Below are positions 60,301 to 64,000 of a stretch of DNA of 64,000 nt, piece after piece. Below the pieces are notes generated by a model. It was not told the origin of the DNA and ran no database searches. It saw nothing but the letters and a program-made list of their open reading frames with translations. How positions within the stretch are numbered: the first letter of the stretch is position 1; each line of letters begins with the position of its first letter. Source of the stretch: Octopus vulgaris (Eukaryota); contig OX597830.1 in NCBI GenBank assembly GCA_951406725.2, positions 67,270,001-67,334,000 of the forward strand, read 5' to 3'. Made by a program: the position numbers and the translations under genes.

Positions 60301-60599
60301 ATAAGATAGAAAAGGAAAATAGAATGACTAATGTGAACAATTAATGATACATTTTATACGATAATGATACGAAGACCATTGTGGTTTCGCTTCACAGTGA
60401 GACACGATGGTATTGAGAATTAATGTGAAAAGTTCAGAGTTCGTCTCGCAGCGGAAGTAAGTCGAAGCGTCTCATTCTCATTATTTGTTAATCATTCCAT
60501 CAATCATACATCATTTGTGTTATGTTCCCGTTTGTCTTGTTATGTCCCCTCTATATAATCAAGCCATTGTGCCTATAATAAAGAAAGAAGCCATGCTAC

Positions 60600-60641
60600 T
60601 CCAGACTGATGACGAGCAAGACTCAGAAACATGTCTCTGGA
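60600..60641 (+). ncRNA. Minimal type I hammerhead ribozyme motif
   Basis: uccaga-CUGAUGA-c gag caaga cuc a-GAAAC au GUC-ucugga. Stem I is 6 bp and stem III is the palindrome ACAUGU. Predicted cleavage is after 60635. Confidence 0.72.
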
Positions 60642-60716
60642 TGCAGGCTTGGCTGGAGGGGGGTGCTTGTCTCCCCCATGTAAACATAAGGACACAGGAA
60701 ATGTGTCAAGACCGAC

Positions 60717-60852
60717 AGGAAGCGTTGATGCTTCCCGGGGCTAAATAGCGGTGGTGTGATTTCCTTTATGGGACTGTCGCGTTAAGTTGGCAATATACAG
60801 CTGCTCTATCGTACCACCACTGCTTATATCTCTGAGATATTTAGAAATTTAA
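60717..60852. repeat. Palindromic element, copy 2 (centre plus one full arm)
   Basis: Matches the reverse complement of 58486-58580 and directly matches 58575-58660. The loop is in the opposite orientation to copy 1. Confidence 0.88.
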
Positions 60853-61390
60853 AAGTTCTCTATGTTATCGTCCTCTTTCTTATTACAGCGCGCTCTCGCT
60901 CTGGAAGAGACAGCTTTACATTTGACCCCTCCCTCTTAATCAAATTTCCACATTTCTTCATCAGTCCCGAGTCGGGAAAGAATACATTCTGCTTCAGTAC
61001 CCTCGGGTCAACACACGTTCGACCCTCTGTTCATTCAGTATAACTTTTCATTTTCTCAACGACTGACAACAACCAAACGAATGGTGGCTTTTCACAAAAA
61101 GGACCGCTGCAAAGCAGCACACAAAAGCACAACCATCCACGCCAAAACTTTCAGCAGAAATGAAACACGTACCAAAAAAGGAGAAATTACGAATGACTTT
61201 TATTTCGACCACAAGGACGAAACACAGAGGGACAATACAAAATGAAATGCGGGGTCTACGTAAGCGAATGGTATTTACGTAATGAATTTGAAAATTTTAC
61301 GGAAATATATCGAATGAGGGGACGAACAAAGCTAGGTACTGATGGAGTGGGGGAACGGTTATGACCCCGCAGAACGCGTTCCTCTACTGA
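60851..61390 (-). mobile_element. 5' part of an ORF1 element preceded by the family 3'-end motif
   Basis: The minus strand reads DSGLMKK..GSNVKLSLPERERAVIRKRTIT*RTF, aligning with DPEKMKR..ATNVKLIMSEEKKKMLRNSTILYRTF. The junction tgtccctctgtgttt..aaataaaa..ttcgtaatttctcc lies at about 61181-61235. Confidence 0.6.
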
Positions 61391-61619
61391 AACATTTTTT
61401 GTTAACCTTTTATGGACACACTCATGTAGGATCTTTCATTCCCAACACGCTTACCAATTGCTTCCATCTTTTCTCATACGCGTCCGATGTTCATAAAGTT
61501 GGTTTTTCTGTGTACACAACTAGAATATCCCATTTGATACTTATCAACCATAGACCGGAAACACAGTTAATCCAACCCTACCTGGTACATATATTTTCAA
61601 GTACCCGATTCTATGTGAA

Positions 61620-64000
<2,381 letters not shown>

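Noticed and set aside
58575-60852. Canonical LTR retrotransposon
   Set aside because: The flanking repeats are palindromic with opposite loop orientation and lack TG..CA ends and a recognisable PBS. There is no protease, RT or integrase.

Overview
Repeat-dense animal genomic DNA, most likely intronic sequence from an octopod cephalopod. That assignment is an inference from the huge (TA)n/(CA)n/(ATCT)n tracts, the tRNA-derived SINEs and the LINE repertoire. Most ORF-track entries are microsatellite artefacts. Recognisable mobile elements are a near full-length pseudogenised Helitron (Rep/Pif1, minus strand) in tandem with a short non-autonomous copy, CR1/L2-type LINEs embedded in (TA)n, Tx1/L1, RTE, R4/Dong-like and Penelope-like remnants, a Crypton-like 3' end, SINEs, foldback elements and several hammerhead-ribozyme motifs. 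The main result is a probable host gene that the ORF track misses: six 41-56 nt micro-exons on the + strand in three tandemly duplicated pairs (phase 0->2, then 2->0). They splice into one open frame, and the exons are more diverged than their intronic flanks. A second notable structure is a cluster of zinc-knuckle ORF1-only retroelement copies joined head-to-tail, in a HAL1/HeT-A-like layout. Transposon boundaries are approximate and were read by eye.
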